A stretch of 64,000 nucleotides of DNA from Candidatus Aenigmatarchaeota archaeon (GCA_016187335.1 JACPJW010000001.1:4547-68546); one strand, 5' to 3'. Positions 19,419 to 28,793 are shown, counted from the first letter of the stretch. The notes: generated from the sequence alone by a model not told the origin. Made by a program: numbers and translations.

Positions 19419-21632
19419 CTACGCGCCGCAGTAAAAGCTGTCCCACCCTTCGCCGCATCCCTGATAGACGGAGTAGTCGAGGTCATAATCGTAAACGCAT
19501 TCGCATGTATCCGTCTGGTCAGACGTCGGCACGAATTCGTCTCCGCCTTCAAATCCGCCGCCTTCGGCCGGAGTTCCCTGCCATTCTGCAGCAGGCGCCT
19601 TCAGTTCCCTGCCTGTTTTTTGCTCGCATTCTTCTTTAGGCATGTCTGATTCAACAACAGTATCCCAGCCGCAATCAGATGCTTCAGAGCAGTATTTAAC
19701 ATTATAGACATCGCCGTAGTAATCCGTCTCCTCGTATGAGCACAGCACCCTCGGCTCAAACTTCAGGCAGCACGTGTCGCCCTTGCCTGCTGTAACGCAC
19801 GACTGCGAAGCTGATGAATATGAAGGGCTTGTCAGTTCCAATCCTGTATAACATGAATCAACGCTTGAATCCACGCACCTGCCTATGAGGTCCTCGCAAT
19901 AAGTCCTTTCTGCAGCAGGCTTCGCAGGCTCGGCCGGTTTCGCGGGCTCTGCAGGTTCAGCAGCTTCGGCAAATCTGATGATTACTGCTGTCCTGTCGTA
20001 AGTATTTCCTTCAACAGTCAGCGTCTGGTAGCCCAGGTCAACGCTTTTTATCAAGTCGCCGTGAAACAGCGACCCAGGACTCAATTCATCTTTGTATTTC
20101 TTCAAAGCGACCTGGCAGTCAGAAAGGTAATCAAATCCATTTGACCTCATGATGCCTGTATCGTAAGGGTCGTTGAATATTCCTTCCAGGGCGTCCCCTC
20201 CGTTCTCCGGCCCGCACTTCTGCCTGCAGTATATTTTCTGCAGCAGCTTATCAGGTAGCAGACTCCCCGGCGGTTCCCCTTCATATCTAGTGCACCCGTA
20301 AAACGTCGTGGCGCGCAGGACTTCGGACGTGGTCGTCGTTGCGCCGCGCGTAGGGGTTGGCGCGGGCGCTGAAGGTTTTGTAGCCGCTCTTGAAGGCACT
20401 GACGATTCAGTACATAAAACATTTCCCTGTTCATCATTAACAGGATTGAGTCCTCCGCAGCATGACTCCCCTGCTTTTGTTATGTAATCACCTTTCTTCA
20501 CGCAGGAAGGTCCTGGTGCTTCAGGCACGCCCGTTTCTCTTTCCAGCCTTTTCTTGACAACTTCGCATTGAGCAAGGGTGCTGAATCCGCTCTCAAATCC
20601 TTTCACACTTACTTGGTAATCCGTAGCTGTCTTGTCACACTCAAAACCGCAGTAATACGGAACGTTTGTCACTAAAAACGTGGTTCTGCATAATTTATAA
20701 TAGCGGGAAACAGAAGGCGCCGCAGGCACTGCAGAAGATTTTACGCACTGCCTGTTTTTGGAAACCAATCCTTCGCAACAGCTGTCTCCAGACCTTTCAA
20801 TAAACTGTCCTTCCTTGACACAAAACGTTCTTGCAGCAGGCTGCGCTGCTGCAGGCTTCACGCATTGTTTATTTTTGGAAACAAGACCTTCGCAGCATGC
20901 ATCCTTGGCTCTTTCAATATATTGTCCTTCCTTGACGCAGAATTGTGCCGGTGGCTGCGCTGATGGTGTGGTAACTTTGTAGCATGCACTCCAGAAATCA
21001 CATCCCTCGCGATCTTTTAGTTGTTCCCTGCCAAAGAAGCCTTGCCAAGTACATTCTCCTACAACACCTTTGGAATCCTCTTGCCAGCATTTGAGTTTAG
21101 CAGAAACCGAAGACTGTGCAGCTGCTGACGGCTGTGCTTGTGATAGCCCCGCGGATGCTGCAGCTCCCTGGGTGCTCTCGCTCTGCCTTGTTCTCGCCTC
21201 GGCTTCTGCCCTTTGGCGGGCGTTAAGTCCCGATGCTGCGGATGGAGTTGATGGCTGCACTGATGGAAGCGCTCCTCTAAGACAGCATGCACCTGTATAT
21301 CCGCATGAGCCAGCTACCTCGCTGTCAGGACATGGCGAACCAAGAAGAAAGTAGGGTTTTCCTTTGCACTCAGCGCTGATTCTTGGATTATTCGCGCATG
21401 TTTTTTGCTGAGGCCGTGTTCCGGCTTCTTCCGTCGCAAATCCCGTCACCGGCACCGCAGCCTTTTCTTCCTGCACGTCAACGTAAAAAGAGCCCTGGGC
21501 AAGCTCGGGGTGCGCTTCGGTAAAATCTGTCACAAGCCCCGTCACGGAGCCTTTCACGTCTAAAGCCGAATAGGCAAACGCGAGGGAAACAAATAAGAAA
21601 AGCACCCCTAACTCTTTCAGAATGCGGGACAT
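19419..21632 (-). CDS. Very large secreted Cys-rich surface protein (paralog family 2)
   Basis: Signal peptide. Shares conserved Cys-containing blocks with 16619..19294. The upstream ~25 nt (21633-21660) are similar to 19295-19320. Confidence 0.6.
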   Translation of the reverse strand: MSRILKELGVLFLFVSLAFAYSALDVKGSVTGLVTDFTEAHPELAQGSFYVDVQEEKAAVPVTGFATEEAGTRPQQKTCANNPRISAECKGKPYFLLGSPCPDSEVAGSCGYTGACCLRGALPSVQPSTPSAASGLNARQRAEAEARTRQSESTQGAAASAGLSQAQPSAAAQSSVSAKLKCWQEDSKGVVGECTWQGFFGREQLKDREGCDFWSACYKVTTPSAQPPAQFCVKEGQYIERAKDACCEGLVSKNKQCVKPAAAQPAARTFCVKEGQFIERSGDSCCEGLVSKNRQCVKSSAVPAAPSVSRYYKLCRTTFLVTNVPYYCGFECDKTATDYQVSVKGFESGFSTLAQCEVVKKRLERETGVPEAPGPSCVKKGDYITKAGESCCGGLNPVNDEQGNVLCTESSVPSRAATKPSAPAPTPTRGATTTTSEVLRATTFYGCTRYEGEPPGSLLPDKLLQKIYCRQKCGPENGGDALEGIFNDPYDTGIMRSNGFDYLSDCQVALKKYKDELSPGSLFHGDLIKSVDLGYQTLTVEGNTYDRTAVIIRFAEAAEPAEPAKPAEPAKPAAERTYCEDLIGRCVDSSVDSCYTGLELTSPSYSSASQSCVTAGKGDTCCLKFEPRVLCSYEETDYYGDVYNVKYCSEASDCGWDTVVESDMPKEECEQKTGRELKAPAAEWQGTPAEGGGFEGGDEFVPTSDQTDTCECVYDYDLDYSVYQGCGEGWDSFYCGA

Positions 21633-21859
21633 CAGATATCAGATGTTATTTGTGAGACCCAGAACTTAAAGTTTTTTTGCAGAATTGCCGGAATCTCTTC
21701 GCATCTAGGACAGGATTTAGACCTCAAGCAGCTTGAAGCACAAAGTGCTTCGGTTTGTTTGCCTTGATTAACAACCTTTTAAAAAGACTATTATCTAATA
21801 ACATGAAAACGGTAAAATCACAAAAATGATAGACATGAAAAAGAGGGCGATGGTTTGCT

Positions 21860-22414
21860 ATGAAAGAGGAGCATTGCGTAATCCTGGATTTCCTGCCGAA
21901 CGGATACCCGGATCGGCGTCACGCAGAACCGGTAGCCCAGGCTTTAGGCACCTCGTTCTTTTCCTTGCTTGAGCTTGTCCCGAGGGAAGGCATCAATTTA
22001 TCGCAGGAGGAAGAAGTCTACATCGGCGAAGGCAAGCGCGACAAGATAAGGTTCATCAAGGGGCAGCTGCAATACAACGAACTGACAAACATGGCGCAGA
22101 ACACGCTGGAAGACGTCATGAACAAGATAGTGAGCGGCAGCGAGGCCCAGTTCGTGGATTTTTTCAACAAGGCGAAAATGATCACCCCAAGGATGCACCA
22201 GCTGCAGTTATTGCCGGGCGTTGGAAAAAAGCACCTCAGCGACTTGCTGGACGAGCGGAGGAAAAAACCTTTCGAGAGCTTTGCTGACATAAACCAGCGC
22301 GTCAAGTTCTTCCCCGACCCGAAAAAAACAATCATAGCGCGGGTATTAGAGGAATTGCGCAACGACGAGAAGTACTGCTTATTTGTCAACAAGCCGAAGA
22401 AGAGGGAGTACTGA
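21860..22414 (+). CDS. DUF655-family protein (HhH-containing, conserved partner of rpl21e/rpoF)
   Basis: VILDFLPNGYPD...LLPGVGKKHLSDLLDERRKKPFESFADI matches the archaeal DUF655 family. Confidence 0.65.
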   Translation: MKEEHCVILDFLPNGYPDRRHAEPVAQALGTSFFSLLELVPREGINLSQEEEVYIGEGKRDKIRFIKGQLQYNELTNMAQNTLEDVMNKIVSGSEAQFVDFFNKAKMITPRMHQLQLLPGVGKKHLSDLLDERRKKPFESFADINQRVKFFPDPKKTIIARVLEELRNDEKYCLFVNKPKKREY

Positions 22415-22415
22415 A

Positions 22416-22645
22416 TCACAAAGATTCGTTAAATTCTTCAACTGTCAATCCTGCTTCCTTTATAATAGCATAAAGTGTCCCTTTCTTCATGTCCTTGTTA
22501 TGCATAGGAACAACAATTCTTTTCATTTTGTTTCTTTATGGCGCATAATAACATGACTGCCGCTCTGATGATGGATAAAGAATCCATGTTTTGCAAGAAT
22601 TCTTATAACTTCTTTCGGCTTAACAGAAGGTAGTTTAGAAGTCAT
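22416..22645 (-). pseudogene. hicA: hicA-like toxin gene disrupted by a +1/-1 frameshift
   Basis: Minus-strand translation gives MTSKLPSVKPKEVIRILAKHGFFIHHQSGSHVIMRHKETK then a stop in an A-run (~22535-22545). The next frame continues RIVVPMHNKDMKKGTLYAIIKEAGLTVEEF, the HicA signature. Confidence 0.55.
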
Positions 22646-22646
22646 C

Positions 22647-22901
22647 TCAATCTTCTATAGCGAATCTTATTTTTTCTCTTATGGGTATTTTCCTTATATC
22701 CGTTGGAAGTTCTTCCCCGTCTTTTACAAGGCTCTCGCAATAAAGCCTTATGGCTTCCCTTACGTTTTTCTTTGCTTCAGCCAGCGTGTCGCCTTCCGTT
22801 ATGCAACCCGGCAGAGAAGGAACCAAAACAGTATAGCCGCCTTCCGGTTGAGGCTCAAATATAACAGTGTATTCCAGATACTTCATTTTTTTCTTTCCCA
22901 C
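22647..22901 (-). CDS. hicB: HicB-family antitoxin
   Basis: YTVIFEPQPEGGYTVLVPSLPGCITEGDTLAEAKKNVREAIRLY, the HicB/UPF0150 signature. Confidence 0.75.
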   Translation of the reverse strand: MGKKKMKYLEYTVIFEPQPEGGYTVLVPSLPGCITEGDTLAEAKKNVREAIRLYCESLVKDGEELPTDIRKIPIREKIRFAIED

Positions 22902-22951
22902 AATTTCACCTGTAACTACATGCAGTCAGAAACTTATAAGCATATTTTCCT

Positions 22952-23221
22952 TCACGCGCAGCTGCACGCGCAGTAGTACACCGTATCGTTTGCTCCGGTC
23001 ACGTTCGCATTGTAGAAGGTGAGGTTGTTCCCGGTGCATGTGGTGTTGCACCAGCTGCTGCACATCTTGTTGGGAGTGAACGTGTCGTCTATGAGGGCAG
23101 CGGCGTAGAAGTCGCTTTTCAATAATTCAAGAGAGAATTCGCGCAAATTTGCAGATGATACGCACCCGGAAACAAGGAGAACCGCAGCAAGCGCGATTAA
23201 ATATTTCACAAAGACTTTCAT
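22952..23221 (-). CDS. Small secreted Cys-rich lipoprotein
   Basis: Internal Met start gives MKVFVKYLIALAAVLLVSGC lipobox. Mature part carries eight Cys (CSSWCNTTCTG...CACSCA). Confidence 0.4.
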   Translation of the reverse strand: MKVFVKYLIALAAVLLVSGCVSSANLREFSLELLKSDFYAAALIDDTFTPNKMCSSWCNTTCTGNNLTFYNANVTGANDTVYYCACSCA

Positions 23222-23256
23222 AAAGACTATCTTAAGGTGCAAAAATTTTAAAGACT

Positions 23257-24063
23257 TTAGAAACCGCTCTCCATCAGAATTTTCTCCGGGTTTTCCAAGA
23301 ACATTTTTTTCCAGATAACTTTTCCTTTCCTCCTGGTGTAATTTTTTACAATATAATATCCTATAGAATAGCCTGTCCACATTGGATATCTTACGCTGCC
23401 GTAAAGCACTTCCTGACGAAGATTGGGATTCTTGGAATTCAGCTTGTTTTTCATTCTTCTGAAAAAAGTTCTTGCTTCCTTTTCAGTAAGTGCTTTCGAC
23501 CAAGGGCTTGGCTTTCCGCTTAGAACAGATTCGCAAAAATCCTCTGCGATACCTTCATCTATCATCGCTTCTAATAGCGTTTTATTTTTGTGATAACCAG
23601 ACGTTGCGGCATGCGCATATTCGTGGCATATAGTGTTTGCAAGGGATTTTTGCCATTTGGATTTCGGATGGACAAAAATTGTAATTACATTTTTCCACAC
23701 GCAGAATCCGGAAGAACCTGACAAATTTTCCTTTACAAATCTGCTGTTCGTCGGAAAAATGAAAATCTTAATGTCAGAAAGCGGAACAGCTTTCTGGCAT
23801 TTTTTCAGCGCAGCAGTGATTATCCTTACTATTCTTTTTTCATCATTTTTTCCGAATGGTGGAATTCTGCCTCTGCCAATGCCCCACAAAAGATGCTTTC
23901 TCAACGCGGATTTTTGCCTGAACCCTGCATAGCCGGTATCAGAAAAGAAAAGAATTTCTTTTAGAACATCTTCAATAAAATCTTCTGTTCCGTCTTCATG
24001 ACTATTGATGAAAGTATATAGATGACTGTCGTAGATTCCTGCATTTATTTTGTAGTGCTTCAT
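23257..24063 (-). CDS. Putative Zn-dependent protease (DUF2268-like)
   Basis: HExxH-like ICHEYAHAAT motif at ~residue 135 of a ~270 aa protein. Confidence 0.45.
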   Translation of the reverse strand: MKHYKINAGIYDSHLYTFINSHEDGTEDFIEDVLKEILFFSDTGYAGFRQKSALRKHLLWGIGRGRIPPFGKNDEKRIVRIITAALKKCQKAVPLSDIKIFIFPTNSRFVKENLSGSSGFCVWKNVITIFVHPKSKWQKSLANTICHEYAHAATSGYHKNKTLLEAMIDEGIAEDFCESVLSGKPSPWSKALTEKEARTFFRRMKNKLNSKNPNLRQEVLYGSVRYPMWTGYSIGYYIVKNYTRRKGKVIWKKMFLENPEKILMESGF

Positions 24064-24073
24064 GAAATTATGT

Positions 24074-26464
24074 TTATTTCTTCCTTCTTATTTTTATTTT
24101 CCTTTTTCCGCCGGCTGTTTTCTTCTGCATGTAGAGCCAGTAGCCGAACGCCGCGATAAACAGCAGGCCGATCAGCTGCACAGAGCTGAATTCCGCAAGC
24201 CCTTCTGCGAATATGAGAACGGACCCCACAGCCTCGTACTTCTTCCCGCTGCTCCTGCTCGTCGCCGTGTATTTTATTCCGTACGAGCCGGAGCGGGCGG
24301 CCGTATCCATAAAAACTGAAACGCCCTTGCTGCCCAGTGCCGGAACATCAAGCACGGCTGCGTCGTTGTTGCCCTGGACAATTGAGCAGCCAGAAGGATT
24401 AGGGCATTCCGCGTGCATCCACTGCAGCGGCGTCACGGGGTCGTCCGACGGCTTTGAAGCTAAATCGAACGTTGCAGCTTCCAGGGGATTCCACACAGTG
24501 ACGTCGTAAGCCTTCTTATCCAGCTCGCCCGCGCTGAACCGCTTCTCAACAGGCACAACAGTGACGCGCGGCGTGCACGTGACAAAAAAGCGGAACTGGT
24601 TCACGGCGCTTAATCCCTTGTCAGGGTCCCTTGTCTTGTTCGAAAGTATGTACAAAGTATGGTAAGCGTCGCAGCTTAACGCTGCTGTAGGCGGGCTTCC
24701 GACAAATGCGTTGTCAAAATCATTCCAGCTCAGCTTTTTCCACTCAAACCTGTCTATGTCGTAAGACGCCTCGCAGTCGGCATCGTTGCATTCCTTCAGC
24801 GATGACGGATTCCCCAGAATGCCCTGCGTGACGCGCGCCAGAAAGTTGACGTTGGTGCCTCTGGTCAGGTTCGGCTCGCCTGTTGGCGTATAAGGAAACA
24901 ATTGGTTGACAACGTCAGGATATTCAACTGTGGTGCGCAAATAGCGGTTTGTCACATTCAGGTTCTTGCATCCAGGCGGAACGCACGGTGATGGCTGACC
25001 CGGCGGTATGGGTCCCGGAGGCTTCGGCTCGTTGGCAGCTGAGTATGTCACGCCGAATGTTCCGGGCTTCGTGGAGTTCCACGCCCCGGTATTGTCAACA
25101 GCAACTACGTAGGCGGTGTAGCTGCCTACGGCGAGCGATGATGTATCATAATAAGTGCACCTGTAGATGTTCCCGGAAAACAGCAGCATTTCACAGAACT
25201 TCGCCTCGCATCCGGTCGCCGTCACGTTGTTGCACGCCTTAACAGCGGAAACGGCAACATCGTCTGTCACGTCCGCGGAAAATATCACCTCGTTGCCTTG
25301 CATCACCATGCCGGGCACTATCGTGAAATTGCTTATCTGCGGCAGCAGGTTCACGCCGAAGGTGTCAGAGCCGCACCCCTCCAGCCCCTCGCTCTCAACG
25401 CATCCTGTTATTTCAGATTTGTACCTGCTCGTGTCAATCTCAACAACCCATCTCTTGTTGCTGTCGTCATAATTGCTGTTCTGGTTCCAGTTTTCCGCAA
25501 GCAGATAGTTCCTTTCCTTCGGCGTGCCTTTGTCTATGGTTATGCTTCTTATCGTAGTATCTGTCCTCGTGCAGTCCCTGCGGGCGCCCTGCGCATCGAC
25601 AAGGTAGCACGATATGTACGCGTAGACCTTCTCGCCCTCGCGCGGGTATTTGTTGGAAACAGCTGTTGTCACGTAGAGCCGCGCGGTTCCCTGCTCGAAG
25701 CGCTGCACAGTGAAGGTCGCTGTCTTTGTCGGCGAGAGCAGCGTCCCGTCGAAGGCCCTGCAATATACCGTCTTCGCCCCGGCTGAATTGCCCCACGGGT
25801 TCGTGTCAAACGTGCACGAAGGGTTCTGCGGCACGTAGCTGCTCGTGCACGCGTTGTTGCTTCCTTCAGCCGTTCCGCACTCCAGCCGGATGTTCTGGCC
25901 GTCCGGATCCGAGGCGCTGCTCGATATCGTTCCCCTTTCGTTATTGTCGGCGTTGATGACCGAAGGCGACACGCTTATCCAGTCAAGTGCCGGCGCCCTG
26001 TTCGGCTGCGATATGCACTGGCCATTTACGCACTGGTATTCGCACGCCTGGCAGTTCGATGACTGCGCTCTTGTTTGTGTCACGCTGTAGGTGCACTGGC
26101 CCTGGGTCGAGCTGCATGAATAATCCCTGTATTCCTGGTTCTGGAAAGTGCACTTCTGGTTGCCGGAGCATCCCTGGTAAGTTCCGCCGGTGTCGAACCA
26201 TCCGTTCTCGCGGCATTGCCACGTAACAATTAACGTGCACGAGCCGCAGTCGGCAGCGCATCTGCCGCAGTCTTCGTTGAACGTGAACCACATGCCGCTT
26301 TCGCATATGCCGTTGCCGCATAGAGGGTCCTCCGTGCCGCCGCGTCCCCCGTCATGGTCGGCGTAAACGATGCTTACTGAAAACATGACGGCAACAAAAA
26401 TGATTATTGTTGCTAAAAAAGCTGGCTTAGGGACCGCAATAACTTCATCCTTTTCGCGTGTCAT
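24074..26464 (-). CDS. Large Cys-rich cell-surface protein with C-terminal membrane anchor
   Basis: N-terminal signal. CGNGICE..CGRCAADCGSC module. Many Cys pairs and Ig/beta-sandwich-like regions. C-terminal TM followed by a basic tail (KKTAGGKRKIKIRRKK). Confidence 0.6.
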   Translation of the reverse strand: MTREKDEVIAVPKPAFLATIIIFVAVMFSVSIVYADHDGGRGGTEDPLCGNGICESGMWFTFNEDCGRCAADCGSCTLIVTWQCRENGWFDTGGTYQGCSGNQKCTFQNQEYRDYSCSSTQGQCTYSVTQTRAQSSNCQACEYQCVNGQCISQPNRAPALDWISVSPSVINADNNERGTISSSASDPDGQNIRLECGTAEGSNNACTSSYVPQNPSCTFDTNPWGNSAGAKTVYCRAFDGTLLSPTKTATFTVQRFEQGTARLYVTTAVSNKYPREGEKVYAYISCYLVDAQGARRDCTRTDTTIRSITIDKGTPKERNYLLAENWNQNSNYDDSNKRWVVEIDTSRYKSEITGCVESEGLEGCGSDTFGVNLLPQISNFTIVPGMVMQGNEVIFSADVTDDVAVSAVKACNNVTATGCEAKFCEMLLFSGNIYRCTYYDTSSLAVGSYTAYVVAVDNTGAWNSTKPGTFGVTYSAANEPKPPGPIPPGQPSPCVPPGCKNLNVTNRYLRTTVEYPDVVNQLFPYTPTGEPNLTRGTNVNFLARVTQGILGNPSSLKECNDADCEASYDIDRFEWKKLSWNDFDNAFVGSPPTAALSCDAYHTLYILSNKTRDPDKGLSAVNQFRFFVTCTPRVTVVPVEKRFSAGELDKKAYDVTVWNPLEAATFDLASKPSDDPVTPLQWMHAECPNPSGCSIVQGNNDAAVLDVPALGSKGVSVFMDTAARSGSYGIKYTATSRSSGKKYEAVGSVLIFAEGLAEFSSVQLIGLLFIAAFGYWLYMQKKTAGGKRKIKIRRKK

Positions 26465-27048
26465 AGCACTTCCCCCTCGAACCTCAGCACTTCCGTATCG
26501 GGCCCTATCTTGTCGAGGAAATCATCAACTGACCTGTAAACTCCGTCAGGAAAGATGTGCACGGCCATGAAAAGGTATCTTCCCTTTTCCTTTGGCGCAA
26601 AGCCCGCCACGTTGGCCGTGTGGAAGTCCTCGCCAAGCAGGGATTCAGTGCCGCATGAAATCCTGTTCACTAAATAAGTTCCCTCGAAATGCTCGTGCTG
26701 CGCAAATCTCTGCGGATAATTCACTTTCTCGACAGGCCCCCTGACAACGCAGACGTAATAAGTGTCATAATTAGCAAGGCGCTTCAGGTTCGCCTGAACC
26801 GAAAACAGCTCGCCCGGCTTGAAGCTGCTGCCCTTAAGCTGAACGAAATTGCCGTCCAGACCGCAAACAACGTAATCGCGGCCGCTGGTCAGCAGTTCGC
26901 TGGTGCACTGGTCGATGAAGGCGAGGATTTTCGCTTCCGTCAGCGGCGCTGCAGCAACAGGAGCGGATGCAGCGGGCTGTTTGATAGAAAATACAGCCAC
27001 GGCGGCAACGGCGGCGAGCACAAGAACCAATGCAGCGCCTTGTTTCAT
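26461..27048 (-). CDS. Secreted hypothetical protein
   Basis: Signal peptide MKQGAALVLVLAAVAAVAV. Stop overlaps the start of 24074..26464 by 4 nt, so likely co-transcribed. Confidence 0.45.
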   Translation of the reverse strand: MKQGAALVLVLAAVAAVAVFSIKQPAASAPVAAAPLTEAKILAFIDQCTSELLTSGRDYVVCGLDGNFVQLKGSSFKPGELFSVQANLKRLANYDTYYVCVVRGPVEKVNYPQRFAQHEHFEGTYLVNRISCGTESLLGEDFHTANVAGFAPKEKGRYLFMAVHIFPDGVYRSVDDFLDKIGPDTEVLRFEGEVL

Positions 27049-27267
27049 AAAACAACAAACCTCTTTTAATCAAACTTTGAAAATCGAATGACGCATAAAG
27101 TGCGTCTGTCTGCCTCAAAGTTTGGTTTCATGCTTTATTATTACACAGGGCGGTATAAAAATTTGTTTTGCGCTGCCTGACAGCGAAGAAAGTGCGTAAT
27201 TCCCCTGTAAAGCGCTGCCAAAAACAGAAAATGCAACTTATTTTAATCCCGTTCGGGAATAGTTAAT

Positions 27268-27927
27268 ATGCCCTACGAAGTCGAAGGCATGAGCGAGCAT
27301 CCTACCAAAAGGGCGATAGAATTTGTGCTTTTCCTGATAATCGTTTCCGCCGCGCTGACGCTCTGGTTCAACGCCGAGGCGCAGAAGCAGGAAAACGCGC
27401 CGGTATTTCCTGCCACAGGCAACGATGAGATAAACAGGATCCTGGCCACGAAGAACAACAACCTCGGCAAGAACATGAACGAGATATGGATGAGCAACTG
27501 CCGCGTTCCGAAAGAGCGCTCGCTCGTCAACCTTGTGCACATCAGCAAAAAAAGCGGCGGTTATGAAATCAGCTGCGAGTTCGGGCCTTCCTATGATTAC
27601 GTGTCGTACAATGTCGGCGGTTCGACCCCTTCCGTTTACGCCGGCTGGATCGCGGACAGGAAATGCGACGGGGAAATCGCGGCGGAAATCGACAAGGCCG
27701 TGAGGGAAGTGAACAGCTGCCCCGTGCTGCTGAGGGAAAAAATACCCGACGACCTGGCGGATTACTACGTGGTCTCGCTTTACTGCAGGAGCAATTTCAA
27801 GAAGGAATACGTGATATCCACCCGGGATATTCCAAAATGCGTGGAGCCGCTTTTGTCAGGTAATGTCGTGATACCGATTTCATACGACAGCGTCGTTGAC
27901 GTCAGGACGGGGAGGGCTTGGATTTAG
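27268..27927 (+). CDS. Membrane-anchored hypothetical protein
   Basis: Single N-terminal TM then an extracytoplasmic domain. C-terminal ~50 aa are duplicated at 28620-28784. Confidence 0.45.
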   Translation: MPYEVEGMSEHPTKRAIEFVLFLIIVSAALTLWFNAEAQKQENAPVFPATGNDEINRILATKNNNLGKNMNEIWMSNCRVPKERSLVNLVHISKKSGGYEISCEFGPSYDYVSYNVGGSTPSVYAGWIADRKCDGEIAAEIDKAVREVNSCPVLLREKIPDDLADYYVVSLYCRSNFKKEYVISTRDIPKCVEPLLSGNVVIPISYDSVVDVRTGRAWI

Positions 27928-27965
27928 AGATTAAAGCATATAATACTGGAAATTGAAATAAAATT

Positions 27966-28418
27966 ATGCCAGTTTCAGGACAATTTCCAAAACACCATAT
28001 AGACACATCTGTAATTATAGAGCCTGAAAATACCGAAGACGGAAGGTTCTGTAAACGTTATCTACAAAAACTCAATTATAATTATACCGGTATTTTATCA
28101 TTTCCAGTATTAAGCGAGATTTTTGTTATTCTCAATTCTTTGGAGGATTTCAATGAAAGATACGATTTTATAGAACCTCTGCTGGCTATGGTTAAATCAA
28201 GAAATATAGAGTTCTACGCTCCGAAAGATATAGGAAATCTTCTTAACAGCATTAAATCAACTGAGAAAAGAATTGGTTTTGTAGACAGCGAAATAGTTGC
28301 CTGCGCAGCTGAAGATAAAGCTGATGCCTTGATAACCCTTGATAGAGATTTGATAAACAACAAGAACCTGGAAAAGTTATTGAGAATAAGGATACTTCAT
28401 CCTAAAGATTTGCTGTAA
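27966..28418 (+). CDS. PIN-domain ribonuclease (VapC-like), no adjacent antitoxin
   Basis: Acidic PIN residues (IDTSVII...AAEDKADALITLDRDL). AT-rich relative to flanks. Confidence 0.65.
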   Translation: MPVSGQFPKHHIDTSVIIEPENTEDGRFCKRYLQKLNYNYTGILSFPVLSEIFVILNSLEDFNERYDFIEPLLAMVKSRNIEFYAPKDIGNLLNSIKSTEKRIGFVDSEIVACAAEDKADALITLDRDLINNKNLEKLLRIRILHPKDLL

Positions 28419-28577
28419 TTTATTTGTTATACTTTTTGTGCAATGACTTGTGTATGGCTTTGGCTTTTTCAAATACGCCCTTCGCTTCCGCCTTTCTGCG
28501 CAACATTTCGGCTCTCTTTTCTTCGTCTGTCATAATAGCACTAACCATATATCAGGCCAGAGAATATTTAAGGCTTC

Positions 28578-28784
28578 TTGCAAAAACATCAGAACCCTCC
28601 GCCCGCATCCAGCGAGCGGTCGGACTACCAAGTTTTCACGCTTTACTGCAGAGATTTCAAGAAAGAGTACTTGTCCTTGCGCAGCGACATACCTCAGTGC
28701 GTCTCGAAGATATTTGACAACGTCATTGTGGATGTGACAGTTACGGACGTCGTTGACGTCAGGACGGGAAGGTTCTGGGTGTAG
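28578..28784 (+). pseudogene. Duplicated 3' fragment of gene 27268..27927
   Basis: Translation ...YCRDFKKEYLSLRSDIPQCV...VDVRTGRFWV parallels the C-terminus ...YCRSNFKKEYVISTRDIPKCV...VDVRTGRAWI of the upstream gene. Nucleotide similarity is visible from 27770-27927 versus 28620-28784. Confidence 0.55.
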
Positions 28785-28793
28785 ATAAAGACA

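Noticed and set aside
23222-23380. Longer 142-aa version of the small Cys-rich lipoprotein ORF
   Set aside because: The upstream extension overlaps the DUF2268-like gene and lacks a signal peptide. The internal Met yields a textbook lipoprotein signal.
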